Positions 12,591-26,345 of a stretch of 64,000 nucleotides of DNA are shown one piece after another. This DNA is from Octopus bimaculoides (taxonomy: Eukaryota). The number at the start of each line of letters is the position of its first letter. The stretch's first letter is position 1. Position numbers and translations under genes: made by a program. The notes below the pieces were generated by a model. That model did not search any database. It saw only the letters and a list, made by a program, of their open reading frames with translations, and was not told the origin of the DNA. The stretch lies in assembly GCF_001194135.2 (NCBI RefSeq), contig NC_068988.1:42139644-42203643 (forward strand). The letters run 5' to 3'.

Positions 12591-13008
12591 TAGGAGTGGC
12601 TGTGTGGTAAGTAGCTTGCTTACCAATCACATGGTCCCGGGTTCAGTCCCACTGCGTGTCATCTTGAGCAAGTGTCTTCTACTATAGCCTCGGGCCGACC
12701 AAAGCCTTGTGAATGGATTTGGTAGACGGAAACTGAAAGAAGCCCGTCGTATATATGTATATATATATATATATATGTATGTGTGTATGTGCTTGTGTGT
12801 CTGTGTTTGTCCCCCCTCCCCCAACATCGCTTGACAACCGATGCTGGTGTGTTTATGTCCCCGTAACTTAGCGGTTCGGCAATACAGACCGATAGAATAA
12901 GTACTAGGCTTCTAAAAATAAGTCCTGGGGTCGATTTGCTCGACTAAAGGCGGTGCTCCAGCATGGCCACAGTCAAAAGACTGAAACAAGTAAAAGAGTA
13001 AAAGAGTA
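12591..13008 (+). mobile_element. Full-length tRNA-derived SINE family B
   Basis: A box TGGCTGTGTGG, B box GGTTCAGTCC, internal (TA)/(TG) tract, tail GACTGAAACAAGTAAAAGAGTAAAAGAG. Confidence 0.9.
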
Positions 13009-13209
13009 TATGTAATATAATATGATATAACATAAACACACATGCACATATACATAAATACGTTCTTTTTCTCTGTATTACTTCATATGTATGGCCTTCT
13101 ACTCACAACACCAAATATCTAATACAGTACAAAACATTGAAAGTGAACATGTATGACATTAACACGCATAGTAATAAAATGAGTAACACCAACTGAAATT
13201 GTACACACT

Positions 13210-13520
13210 CGAACAAGTGTTTTCTAAATGCTAAATATTGAACATAACATCATATATCAGGGTGCTGTACAAACTAACTCTTCTTACACACTGTATGTAA
13301 ACCCAAGCACTAATTATAGGCTCGCTACACCCAACACAACGTTCTTTCCGTAACCCAACACGAAAAAAACATTACAATGTTGTCCATTTACCTACCGCAA
13401 CCTAAAGAGAAAATATTCAATATGGAAGATCCTTGTGGGAGATACACCGTATGTGAATAAAAGCAGACCCTCTATTTTGTACACAGAACAGGCAATGCAA
13501 ACCTTCAACCAAAAGTGTCA
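13210..13520 (+). pseudogene. Degenerate Penelope-like GIY-YIG endonuclease remnant
   Basis: NIIYQGAVQTNSSYTLYV ... KYSIWKILVGDTPYVNKSR resembles the PLE motif NIIYQA...YIG...WKIL...PY. Confidence 0.5.
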
Positions 13521-14274
13521 GAAAGTTATCGCATCCTGTACAAGATATATACAACGTCTCTGCATCACAAACCTATTTTGAACAACTGTATCTTAGTAGA
13601 TAGAATTTTGAGCTTAGTGCAACTGCTGCATCTTTACTAAGAAAACTCAATAGTTAACTTCAACTTTCTCTGGATACGCAGGGGTATTAAGAAGCCCAAT
13701 GTATGACGTAAATTATCGTTTACTCTGAACCCATTCTTCAGGCACAACTCATATCAACTCCACTACTGCCTGACTATATTTCCAATCAAAAAATGCATAT
13801 CTGCAAATCTAATAAAGCCACAAGTACCTAGACTAACTTTTCTTCTGTTCCATCTGACACCACACTATGCGCATCCCTCTTTCTCCTCTAGTTACACTTA
13901 TATTTTCTAGCTAATACTCCCACCTCTCATTGACAAGCATAGCACGGTATTCGGTGCTGTGTAACCCACTGTGAACACTAAAACTCATACATTTCTTCAA
14001 CTAACTATTCGCTCCTAAAAGTGAGAATTACATAAGATCTTAAGTCTTACCATAAACATCTTTTTTCTTTTCTCTCTAAATAGGCTCTTGAAGGTCTTAA
14101 CACCACCAAAGATAAAGGCTATTCGCACGTCTAATAAAACAATATTAACTTTTTATCGTATTTTCTATCTATTATTTCATCACCGAATGTGGTTTCTGCC
14201 ATTAATAATGCAATCTTTAAATATCTGTTTAAATATTTCTATATTCTTAATTATCCATTACCATCTCTATCATC

Positions 14275-14276
14275 AA

Positions 14277-14331
<55 letters not shown>

Positions 14332-14345
14332 GCCATTATCATCGC
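14275..14345. repeat. (CAT)n microsatellite
   Basis: Direct reading. Confidence 0.95.
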
Positions 14346-14469
14346 CACCATTTTTCATATTTAACGAGATTTATTAAGATTTACGTCATTACTTATATTA
14401 TCAGCAGCTTTATTACGAGAGTGTTTACTTTTATTAGTATTATTATCAAAGAGGGCAGTGATTCGACAG

Positions 14470-14990
14470 AATCGTGAGAACATCTAAGAAAAAAAAGAAA
14501 GAAAATGCTTTGCGGTATTTGTTCCGGCTCTTTACGTTCTAAGTTCAAAATCCAGCCAAGGCCAACTTTGCTTTTCATCTCACTAGGATAGGTAAAATAA
14601 AATGCCGATTAAATTAACTAAATCCTTCCTCCAGAAATTTAAATCTTGTGCCTATATTAAAAAGGATTATCATTTTTTATAAACATTTTTACTAACATTT
14701 TCATCATTAAGATTAAGAGTGACTCTATATGACCAATAGTATTGTTGTTTCTATTTTCAATATTACAGTTGCGATTATTATACACATGTGCAAGGCGGCG
14801 AACTGGTTGAATCGTTTACACACCAGGCAAAATGCGTAGCGGTATTTCATTAGTCTTAACGTTCTGAGTTCAAATTCCGCCGAGGTCGACTTTACCTTTC
14901 ATCCTTTCGAGGTCGATAAAATAAGTACCAATTGAGTACTGGGGCTGATATAATCGACTAACCCCATCTCCCAAAATTTCAGGCCTTATG
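14470..14990 (+). mobile_element. Two family A SINE copies (~14470-14670 and 14792-14990)
   Basis: GTTCTGAGTTCAAATTCCGCCGAGGTCGACTTTACCTTTCATCCTTTCGAGGTCGATAAAATAAGTACC. Confidence 0.85.
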
Positions 14991-16009
14991 TATGTATGTA
15001 TGTATGTATGTATGCATGCATGTATGTATGCATTTCCAAAGCAAACTAAGATCAGTACCTTTAGAATTTGTCAAATCGTACAATATATATACATATATGT
15101 GCGTGCTTGTATATAACAAACTCTTAAAATAATGGTGTTTCTTTGCATCGGCCAAATTGAAAAAGAATTAGCAAAATTGACAAAAATAGTACAGTGAATT
15201 TGCCAAGGAGTGTGGAGACAGACACCTTCTTCAGACAAGAGTCGACTGAAGGGAAATCAGTGAAAGGCAGCAGAGATTTACATCTTCCCTATATATGTAT
15301 GCATGTCTATACAGTTATATATGTATATATATGTGTGTGTGTGTGTGTATTACATATATACAATTTCGCTGGTAAAAGAATCAAAATTCTCTGATGAAAT
15401 GGTAGGGTTATGCAACAATGAAAAGTTACGTAACATCATAAAATATGCATTATTAAATAAACAACAATGCGTGCAGCAAAAACTTGAACAGCCCATTCTT
15501 GTTCTTATATGTATGTATGTGTGTATGTATGTATGTATGTATCTATCTATCTATCTATCTATCTATTTATAGTGTTTGAAATGTGACCCGCGTATTGTTT
15601 GAGTTGATGTATGTTCATGCAACTGATTCTTAATGCATTTATGAGTGTGTGGTTTCTTTAATTTCCCTACCACCATAATAGAAATTTGTAGCATTGTATC
15701 AGAGTTACAATATAAAGGAATGATACTCCAACTAGTAGCTATTAACAAGGCTTGCAGTACCACATACTAACAACCTTTTAGCTCTAGACTAGTTATGAGC
15801 AAACTGCCACCGTGGGACCTACTGAAAAGCACGCTTAATTTCACGAGGGAAAAAAAGTTTATTCAAATGTTATTCAATAGTTCAGCCCACCTGATGATGA
15901 GTCATGTCTCGCAGCTTGCGTCTCGAAAATTTTCAAGACAATTCTATGGACTATTGTTACTAAATACGTTAGGGGGCAGTTATATATATATACATGCCCA
16001 ATATATGTC

Positions 16010-16260
16010 TCAAATTTTGGCACAAAACCAGCAATTTAGTGGGAGGGGTAAGTCGGTTAAATCGGCCCCAGTCGTATTTTATCGACCCCGAAAGGATGAG
16101 AAGCGAAGTCGACTCCGAAAGGATGAGAAGCGAAGTCGACCCCGAAAGGATGAGAAGCGAAGTCGACCCCGGCGGCATGTGAACTCAGAACGTAAAGCCG
16201 GAAGAAATGCCACTAAGTATTCTGTCTGGCGCGGTAACGACTCTGCCAGCTCGCCGCCTT
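16010..16260 (-). mobile_element. Family A SINE with an internally triplicated 27-bp core
   Basis: GACCCCGAAAGGATGAGAAGCGAAGTC x3 at 16084-16164; head ends CTGCCAGCTCGCCGCCTT; another degenerate minus copy at ~16310-16480. Confidence 0.88.
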
Positions 16261-16741
16261 ATAAGTTGTACATGTTGAGTTCTAACATAGCCAGACACAG
16301 CCTCAAATTTTGACGTTGGATATAATCGATTAAACTGACCCCAGTTTTTGATTGGTATTTTATCGACCTCGGAAGGATGAAAGACCACGTTGACCTTGAC
16401 AGGATACGAAATAAGAACGTCAAATCTCAAATAAATATTACAGAGTATTTTGTCCTACATGTTATTGACTCGCCAGTCCATTATCTTGATATAAGCTTTA
16501 CATATTAACCATTGTTGTTTGTTCTAGACACTTCCATGGACGATATTGTGAGTACCAGCTATTAAAGAGGAGCTGTGGTCCATTAAAACACGGCACTTGG
16601 TTACGCTATAAATGCGATCTTTGTTGGTGTTTCGACGGAAGATTTCGCTGTCTACAACATGTGTTCAGAGGCTGTGGTATGTAGTTAATCTTCCTCTCTC
16701 TCTCTGTCTCTCTCCCTCTCTCTCTCACTCTCTCTCTCTCA

Positions 16742-16792
<51 letters not shown>

Positions 16793-17356
16793 CTTCCTAA
16801 ACTTTAAATAAAGGCTGAGTAAGAAAATATCCAGAGTCGCCATCCACACGAAAAGTAGCAACTAAATGAGAGTCAACATATTTAATGCAACGGGAAAAAG
16901 ATTTTAATTGGTCATTAATACTTATCCAATGATCAAGTAGGGAGATGAGGTCTAAGGAGAGGAAGACACTGTGGCGGTGTTATAAAGCTAAAATATTTCC
17001 GGAATTGTCATCCACACATAACAAACTCAAATTGAATTTGCAATATTTGTTATGCTAATGCTTTCTTCTCACAGGCATACGTCTAATGAATTAACTGGAG
17101 ATTTTTCTCACGCTTCATTAAATATATAGCATTGAATTCATTGTAAATGCCATAAAGAAAAGTACACGCTACTTTAAATGTCAGTAAACAGCTTCAAAAG
17201 AATTAGGTTTGTATTGAATTCCAACGAGTTCTCTTCTTTCATCAGTTTTCTTATCGTCCATAAGGAATAGTATAGTTACTACAAAATCGTATGCAGAATG
17301 CTATGATATATTAGGGTTCCGTCTTCCTATTGTCATCCTAGTACTTTTATATTCTA

Positions 17357-17584
17357 TTGGGTTGTCCGGAAAGTTCGTGCCTATTTATAGTAGCTTATCT
17401 TTCGACTTATTTGCCATGAAACCACCTCAATTCTGGAAAGAGGGTATTTTCAAGTTAAAAGAAAGATGGAGACGCATTGTGCAACAAAATGGTTCATATT
17501 TGGTTGATCAAAAATGTAATGGCAAGTATTTATTGACCTTTTTCTTTCCTTTAAAAATCGGCACGAACTTTCCGGACAACCCAA
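17357..17584 (+). mobile_element. Internally deleted mariner element (228 bp) with perfect TIRs
   Basis: TA-TTGGGTTGTCCGGAAAGTTCGTGCC...GGCACGAACTTTCCGGACAACCCAA-TA; interior FAMKPPQFWKEGIFKLKERWRRIVQQNGSY is a mariner transposase C-terminus. Confidence 0.93.
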
Positions 17585-18107
17585 TACATTGCTTCAGTAG
17601 GTCTAGGTGTCATACATAAATTGGTACTAGCTGATCTAGAGAATTTTATACCTATGATAGATCGGTATCCGATCCATGTGTACCTATTACCTAAGTATCT
17701 CTAGCTAAAATACGGTCATCGACATTATCATAGTCCCTTTAGCTATCATAAAGAAGGATAGAAAGCATGCTATTATGTGAATATTTTTTCTGTAGTAGAC
17801 AAGTGCATTAATCAAGATTTGTTTCTCTACGTCTCTACTGCGTTTTTTGTAATAAGAAAGAAAGCTTTATTCTATATTGTCGCCAAATGATACAACTTTC
17901 AGTAGAAATAGCTAAAAGATCGACTGGAAATGTTCCCTCACAGAATTTAGCGTCTTATCATCATTTTGTTTTCCTTGTGGTCTAGATGTGTACATTTTAC
18001 CCATCGCACGCACTCTGTATGTGAGTGTGTGTTTGTTTGTATGTATGTATGTATGTATGTATGTATGTATATGCATATGTATACATGTATGTATGTACGT
18101 ATGTATG

Positions 18108-18160
<53 letters not shown>

Positions 18161-18223
18161 ATATATACATACATATATACATATGTATATATAACTATGT
18201 ATATACACATATACATATATCTA

Positions 18224-18259
<36 letters not shown>

Positions 18260-18809
18260 TGTATAAATAAGCATGCATATACACATACATATATATCCAT
18301 ATATACAAACATATGTATGTATTTATGTATGCATGTATGTATAGGTCACTGACATTGTAGTTGCCCCTTCTATCATTGCAGGTATCCCCTGGTCTAAATC
18401 TCACCTACCTCTTACCTACGATTCACTCGATCCCAGAGAAGACATTCAGATTTATCCACTCACGCCCTCCGACCAAGTCCATGTCACGGCAACCAACACT
18501 TCTTCCAGATTTTCTATGGCCACCCTCGTCACATTGACTGCAACGGTCCTCCTCCGTGTTATCTATGATCTAAGTTGATACAAAACAACCCAAAGGAAAT
18601 TCCGTGTGGTCTCTGTCCACTGGAAATATCAACAAAAGCATCCTCAAATCTATATACTCGTTCTTCATTTCAGCTTTGTTATCTTTCTTATTTTTCTAGA
18701 AATCTTTCGTCACGCATCCTGTAACCTCTTCAGCAACTCTCAATTTCACGTGGCTTCTGTTTTGTTTAATACATTCTGAGAATGGATTTCCAGACAAAGG
18801 ACACTAACA

Positions 18810-19105
<296 letters not shown>

Positions 19106-19797
19106 AATCAGCCACCTTTTATATATGGATGACCTAAAACTATACGCTACAAATGATAAACAGCTGGAAACACTACTACAGACAGTGCATGGATTTACCA
19201 AAGAAATAGATATGAAATTTGACTTAGAAAAATGTGCCAAAGCAACCTTGAAAAGAGGAAAACTAGTTAAGAGTAGCAACATCACACTAGATAAAGCCAA
19301 TAAAATAAGAAAATTAGACCAAAGCCAGACATACAAATATTTAGGAATCAATGAACTAGATATGATACAACACACACAAATGAAAGAGAAAATAAAGAAA
19401 GAATACTATAGACGAGTTAGATCAATACTCAAAACAGAGACCAATGCTAAAAACAAGATAATAGGTATTAACACTTTAGCCGTCCCAGTTATAAGTTACA
19501 GCTACAATATTCTTAACTGGACACTGAATGAACTAACCAAAATAGACAAGAAAGCAAGAAAAATAATGACAGGATATAGGATGCACCACCCAAAATCTGA
19601 CATAGAAAGGCTATATATACAACGTGTAGAAGGTGGTAGAGGCCCTATACGGCTGAAAAACTATTATAAAATAACCACCATCCTACGCAAAGCACTTTCA
19701 ATACAGTAACCATAAGAGCACCACAGCAAACCACAGCACATACCCATGGCACACAGAGCTGTGCTCGGTAGTGAAGGGAAAGCACGTTATAAAAATA

Positions 19798-19799
<2 letters not shown>
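19106..19799 (+). mobile_element. R4/Dong-like LINE, 5'-truncated and internally deleted, with apparent 3' UTR and (AAT)n tail
   Basis: ISHLLYMDDLKLYA...EKCAKATLKRGK...YKYLG...INTLAVPVISYS...HHPKSDIERLYIQRVEGGRG then an abrupt ILRKALSIQ* terminus; 3' UTR ending GCACGTTATAAAAATACTG-(AAT)n. Confidence 0.88.
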
Positions 19800-19879
<80 letters not shown>

Positions 19880-19882
<3 letters not shown>

Positions 19883-20062
19883 TCGAAAATACTATAGGAA
19901 TGAGAACCCAGATTCGAAATTTCCCCAAGACACCTGATGAAGGCTGGAGGGTATATCAGCCGAAACGTTGTGTTAACAGCAAACAAGATGAGGGCAAATA
20001 TCTGTCAAATTTAAATAATGTAAATAATGTACATAATTCTTCATTTCTTAAATATAGAACTG
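19880..20062 (+). mobile_element. PLE terminal module (hammerhead part), plus copy
   Basis: CATCGAAAATAC..AGGAATGAGAACCCAG..TCGAAATTTCCCCAAGACACCTGATGA...AACAAGATGAGGGCAAATATCTGTCAAAT; shared with four other loci. Confidence 0.8.
19929..19974 (+). ncRNA. Minimal type I hammerhead ribozyme motif
   Basis: Stem I GACAC/GTGTT; core CTGATGA; extra A; stem II GGCTG/CAGCC; GAAA; palindromic stem III ACGT; U17. Confidence 0.72.
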
Positions 20063-20515
20063 AAAGGACACTAAAATACGAACAATAAATAGTAAAACAT
20101 CCACAAATCCACAAATCACCCCATACTATTGAAAATGAAATAGGAACAAACTCATTCGGTAGAACATTCTGGGATACATTATGTCTGAATGAAAGTCTGA
20201 TTGGTCACAGATAGGTATATTAGATTCGTGTTGACCTGAGGATAAACAACAACATTATCAGCAGCGACAACGGAAATAAACAACACCGATATGAGAATTA
20301 CTTCCCGTGTAAGTACGTCCTCGTACCATATATAGTGAATGGAGAGTGGCGTGACACTATATCCGGTCTGTCCTGAAAATAATTGTTTCATTTTCTATTT
20401 CATATTTACGTATTTTTTAATATTCGTTTTGTTTCATGAACTTTAAATGTTATGAATCTAAAATGAAATAAATAAAAAAAAATAAACAAATATTGAAAAC
20501 GAAAGCTAATCTTTT

Positions 20516-20565
<50 letters not shown>

Positions 20566-20722
20566 ATGTGTGTTTGACAGGACATTCCTCGAAGAATTCG
20601 ATAAGTTCAGAAGTTAACGTTTCGAAACTTGAACTTTGTTTGAATGTGGGGAAGGTGGAGAACGAAATGGATACTGGCACTTGTGCTGGAGATAAATGTT
20701 TACAACCCAAGCAATAACGTTG

Positions 20723-20810
<88 letters not shown>

Positions 20811-21059
20811 ATATATATATATATTATATATATATCTTCCTCTTTCTCTCCACTTCGTTACTGTTAGAGAAAGGGCAAAAGCTTGCAACGTAATGTACTA
20901 GAATTACTCATAACGATTGGACTTAGTAACTATTAAGAAGCAGCAGAAAACGCTCTGTAATGCAATTTTTGTCTTTGGATAGCAACTGTTATTTCCTATT
21001 CGCTTGCCCCTAAAAAGTATTTTAAAATGGCTATTTCCTTCAAACTTCGCTTTTGCTAC

Positions 21060-21240
21060 ATTTATTCAAACCCAAAAGAATACCTCTCAACACATGGCTA
21101 CGATGCTCCCCACCTCACCCCACGACTCCTACGCATGATCGGAAATGCGTATATAGTCAGTCACTAAGGGACATGCTCAAGTGGTAAAGGTCAAACAATT
21201 GACAAGCAAGTCTGTGGTACTGAGCAGAATATTTGCTATA
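21060..21240 (+). repeat. Unclassified dispersed repeat
   Basis: CTCTCAACACATGGCTACGATGCTCCCC...CACTAAGGGACATGCTCAA...GAGCAGAATATTTGC recalled as a common octopus repeat; single copy in this window. Confidence 0.35.
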
Positions 21241-22153
21241 ACGATATTTCTGCTTCTGCAACTCAGTGCTGAATCTGTCTGAAATGTAATGGAAAATAGG
21301 TCAGTTTCAAAACATTGATGTCCAGGTCACAAAAGCAAAGTTTGCAGGGTATAATAGTCATATCCTTTCATTTCTAGATAGATGCAAATGGGTAATAACA
21401 CTTACTGATCAGAGACAAAAAATAATAATTTTGTTGCACAGTGAAATAGACACGTGTTGCCTTTACCTCTCACCAACATGAAACAATCTACGTAAACGTG
21501 ATTTGAACGGAATCGACGTGCAATGAAATAGGACTTGTGATAATATATAAGGATATTTTGTCTTTCCTTGATTCTTGCCTCGTCTTTTCTTTGTAATTAC
21601 CTATTTTACAGTACCAATATTTTTCGAGTGACCGAATTTTTGCTCACATTATTATCTAGAATCTGCAAGGTTACAAAAGCAACTCTTCTATGAATTCTTG
21701 TATAGACTAATTGTTACGAAAGCAAAACCACAGACGTCACAATCACGCAGCAAGAGGAACATTAAACACCCGGAAGTCGAAGATTCTGGCTCTTATCTTA
21801 TGTGATATCTTGTACATAATTTCGAAATTTTTACCCCATGGTGGTAGATAGAATGAAGAGATTAAATAGCGCAAAATCTAGAGAAGTCTCAAGGAAAATT
21901 CATTTCTAACTATTAAGGAATTACATCTGAAAAAATTCTATTTTTAAGTGTCATATATATTTACAGATATACACTCAGATACATACATATATACACACAG
22001 TCACACACGCACACACACATACGCACACACTCACACACACTCTCACGCACTGTCACACACAATCACGCATTCATATACACACACATTTACACACACAGAC
22101 ACATATACACATTCATATGTACACAGTCGGTGCACGCTTAAATATACACAGCC

Positions 22154-22188
<35 letters not shown>

Positions 22189-23924
22189 TCAGACATGCAC
22201 GCATACGCATGTACACATAAATAGCCGATTAGTAAATACCAGCATTTATAATTACAGCAGAACATTTTAATTTGTTCTATCTACGATTTCCCCTGATGAC
22301 GCTTCATCTAACTGCGTCCATAAGTTTCTCTGTCAATAGAAATAGAAATTTCTGATGATTATGTGTGGAAGTTCTGATATGCAATGAGCTAAGAATTCAG
22401 TAGATACAGGTGAATGCATATGCTGACGTCATAAGAATTTTTTAACTTCCGGAGAACGTGAAATTATTCTTTTGGGGATAGTAGATCTCGAATCACAGTA
22501 CTATAAATAATAGCGTGTGGACACACACACACTCACACCGCTGAGAGGGAAAACACAGAAGACCCAGTACAAGATGACCTTGATATAGCGGCTGGGATGG
22601 TGATTTACGAAGATATAGACGGCTGTCTGAAGCAGTTTAGTACCTGCTTGCACCATGTTAGTCTTTGAAAATGATGTCACAAAGAATCTGGATTGTAGTT
22701 ATACATGGAAAGTATGGTGGAGAGGGTGAGGTGCGGTGTGCCATTGACCGATGATCTCAGTCTTCTGACGTTAACTATTTGGTCCATTCTGTCATAATCT
22801 GTAACAGCTGTTGAGATTATGCCTCTAAAGGCTTCCGAGATGTTAACTCAGAACACAGTCATTAGAGACTGTAGCTCAATAATCTATTCAAATCTGAGTT
22901 TTGGTAATATTCAGAAGCTGCCTGATGCTAGAAATATCAAGTCAGAAATTAATAACGCACTGCCTCATTTATCTTCCTTCTGGTAACACTTTGTCACGCA
23001 TATGAAGAAGACGTTATACAATGTCCTCATGCAATTTTGCCTAATTCCTTTGCCTATCCATATACAATATATTTACCTGTATGAAAAATCAAGATAGAAC
23101 TTGGAAATGATTAACGGCAAAAGAAAAGTCAAAGAACTAGTAAACATGGATGTCCCCTCATCAGCCATGTTGACCAGATTTAAGCGCAGTTTCAGCGCGT
23201 TTAAATTCCAAAGGCTTCAGATTCCATGGTACTACTCATATAGTTGTGCTAGTGATATAGGAAATATATGATGGACAAATAAAGGACTAAAAGTGAAGGA
23301 CTACATTATACATGTAGGACATAAAATTACGGATAGGAATAATCTTCAAGTCAAAATGGAGCCCTGTGCAATCATCCAACTAGCCTGAAATACCAGCCAA
23401 ATATTGAACCATTGAAAAAACATCGACTTCCTCCGACCTACTAGAAACAGTTGTCAACTATCACTCAAATTACATCCCATCGTCACAGAAAAGGCTGCAC
23501 TAGATAATATTCATAGAGAAAAGGGCGTGATGTTCATTGATGGATTAGCTTTAATCATAGGTGATCTCGATGGGGGCTGACCTAGAGCTAAACAACAACA
23601 ATCAGCCAACCATGTCTCCTTTCAACATGCTACCGTCTTAAAAGCGAAAGGTATTGCATAATACCGTCTTTAATATACTATACTACTAGAGAATATCTCT
23701 ATATATCTTTAGCCTACATTGTATAGACAGATTTAAACACCTTGTCTATATGTACAATACCTTCATGGAGAATAAATATTCTGTAATCAGACAAAATGTT
23801 TACATCTGTCGATACATAATGTGTTGGCTAAAATTAAAATCACAGGTAGATTACGAAATGCATTGACTCAAAGCACTGTGAATGCACCAGTAACATATTA
23901 ATTTCAAATATATTATAAATTTTG

Positions 23925-24110
23925 GCACAAGGCCAGCAATTTTGGGAGAGGGTTAAGCCGATTATGTCGACCCCAGTACTCAACTAGTACTTATTTTATC
24001 AACCCTGATAGGATGAAAGGCAAAGTCGACCTCGAAGGAATTTAAACTCAGAAAGACGGACGAAATACCGCTAAACATTGCTCCCGGCGTGCTAACGATT
24101 CCGGACCAGC
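23925..24110 (-). mobile_element. Family A SINE
   Basis: GTACTTATTTTATCAACCC...GGATGAAAGGCAAAGTCGACCTCG. Confidence 0.85.
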
Positions 24111-24469
24111 AATATATTAATAGATTATGTATCAATTAAATAAATAGGATGGTCACGGCTGGAACACCTTTATCATGGGTCAGAAGGATTTGAACTGACC
24201 TTGACAACAACAACCACAATAGAATAAAAACAACAGCAACAGAATACAAAACGGATGAAGAAAAGGAAAATAAAAGAACTTGCTAGTGTAATGTTGTACT
24301 ACAGATTGCATCAGTAACAGACGCCATCTCATTAATTAATTATCCAAATATTAATTAAATTAGCCAGATAACAATTACATAATTAGATATACAATATTGG
24401 GTATTGTATTTTTTCTTTCTTTTACAGAATTTTGATGAATGCGTGTTCAATGAATCACGAAATATCTGT

Positions 24470-24650
24470 TGTTGCTGTTTAACCCCAGGCCAGCGCTGAG
24501 CGAGCAGACGTAGAATCCACATCATATTTTTTAAGGGTGTCTAAGATTATATTAACCGAAGAACTCTTCATTTTCTAAAATGCTAGGTGTGATTTGAACG
24601 GATGAGATTTGGTAACTATTTCTAGCATGTCTTGTGACCGCATAGATATA
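24470..24650 (+). repeat. Dispersed repeat family C
   Basis: GTTGTTTAACCCCAGG..AGC.CTGA.CGAGCAGAC...GGTGTGATTTGA...GATTTGG...CTATTTCTAGC; related pieces at ~30715-30885, 36420-36560 and 60500-60620, and on the other strand at ~23560-23600. Confidence 0.55.
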
Positions 24651-24749
24651 TTGCTGTTGCTGTTGTTCCCGCTGATGTTGCTTAACCGAGATCAAACCTT
24701 GCAGGGATTCAAAGAGAAAAGCGATGGTGGTAGTCATTACATTGAAGGC

Positions 24750-24846
24750 TGTGGTGGTGGTGATGGTGACGGATGATGGAGACGGTGTTGTTATTATTGC
24801 TTTTGTTGTTGTTGTTGTTGTTGATGATGATGATGATGATGATGAA

Positions 24847-24894
<48 letters not shown>

Positions 24895-24965
24895 GGTGGT
24901 GATGATGATGGTGATGATGATGATGATGATGATGGCCGCCGCTGCGGTCGTCGTCGTGCTGGTGG
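24750..24965. repeat. Compound (GTT)(GAT)(GGT) trinucleotide tract
   Basis: Direct reading. Confidence 0.92.
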
Positions 24966-25196
24966 TGGCCGTGGTAGAAATTGAATACAAAAGAATGGTG
25001 GTGCTGATTCGTCTGTATATGAAAGCAAAGCGTGTATACAGATATGTGTACATGTAAATATGTATACATGCACGTATATATGTATACGTGTATGCATGCA
25101 CATATGCACGGATGTATATATGTATGCATGTATGCTTCAATTTATGCTTGAATGGATGCAAGTAAGTATGTGCGTATGTATGCATGTGTGTGCATA

Positions 25197-25556
25197 CTCT
25201 TTTACTCTTTTACTTGTTTCAGTCATTTGACTGTGGCCATGCTGGAGCACCGCCTTTAGTCGAGCAAACCGCCCCCAGCACTTATTCTTTGTAAGCTTAG
25301 TACTTATTCTATCGGTGTCTTTTGCCGAACCGCTAAGTTATGGGGACGTAAACACACCAGCATCGGTTGTCAAGCGATGTTNNNNNNNNNNNNNNNNNNN
25401 NNNNNNNNNNNNNNNNNNNNNNNNNNNNNNNNNNNNNNNNNNNNNNNNNNNNNNNNNNNNNNNNNNNNNNNNNNNNNNNNNNNNNNNNNNNNNNNNNNNN
25501 NNNNNNNNNNNNNNNNNNNNNGGGGGGGGGGGGCAAACACAAACACACAAGCTTAT

Positions 25557-25597
<41 letters not shown>

Positions 25598-25764
25598 TAC
25601 GATGGGCTTCTTTCAGTTTCTGTCTACCAAATCCACTCACACGGCTTTGGTCGTCCCGAGGCTATAGTAGAAGACACTTGCCCAAGGTGCCACGCAGTAG
25701 GACTGAACCCGGAACTATGTGGTTCGTAAGCAAGCTACTTTACCACACAACCACTCCTACGCCT
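25197..25764 (-). mobile_element. Family B SINE spanning an N-gap
   Basis: CTCTTTTACTCTTTTACTTGTTTCAGTC tail through CCACACAACCACTCCT head. Confidence 0.88.
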
Positions 25765-26277
25765 ATATGTATAATTTATGTATGTATAATTCGAACTCAA
25801 AACGTAGAGTGGACAAAATTCCGCAAACCATTTTTCTCGGTAGGCTAACTATTCTGCCAGCTCACCTCCCTTTCGAGGTCCCTAAATAAAAGATTAATTC
25901 AAAAGAGTTGACAGGCGGAACAATTCCTTGCGGTAGCTGTTCCAGCTTTTGTGTTCCTGTCATCCGGCTTGACAGTTTCACGTAACACCTTGGTTGCCTG
26001 TAGCGGATTCCACGCAGTTGCAAGCATTCAAAACAGATTCTTGGTTTGAGGATATTTTGCTCCCTCCCTGTCACTAGTCTCGAAACTCCTGTAACAGACC
26101 ATGGACTAAGCATTACCTTCTCTCCTGACGAAAAGATTTTTTTTAAACTTGCATTATAGTGGCTTTCTCAAACTTATTATATAAATACAGATGTGCACGC
26201 AGACACATGCACGATACATACATACATATTTACATGCATACATACATGCACACGCACACATATACATACATACATAC

Positions 26278-26345
<68 letters not shown>

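Noticed and set aside
16084-16164. CRISPR-like appearance of the 27-bp and 17-bp (5306-5366) repeats
   Set aside because: Contiguous units with no spacers, eukaryotic context and no cas genes.
15795-16313. 172-aa ORF with an NLS-like RPRKDEKRS x3 repeat
   Set aside because: It reads through the antisense strand of a SINE with a triplicated core; no independent coding evidence.
17912-18404. YI/CV/HT/MYV-rich and homopolymeric ORFs across the window
   Set aside because: Translations of (TA)n, (TG)n, (TATG)n and trinucleotide repeats.
18360-18790. Possible minus-strand LINE remnant
   Set aside because: No diagnostic RT or endonuclease motif could be read in any frame.
22291-22325. CTGATGA followed by GC...GC as another hammerhead
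   Set aside because: No GAAA or stem III downstream.
22530-22800. Acidic open stretch (ERENTEDPVQDDLDIAAG...) and a weak mariner-like DLSLLTLTIWSIL
   Set aside because: Under 60 codons, no start or splice signals, similarity too weak to call.
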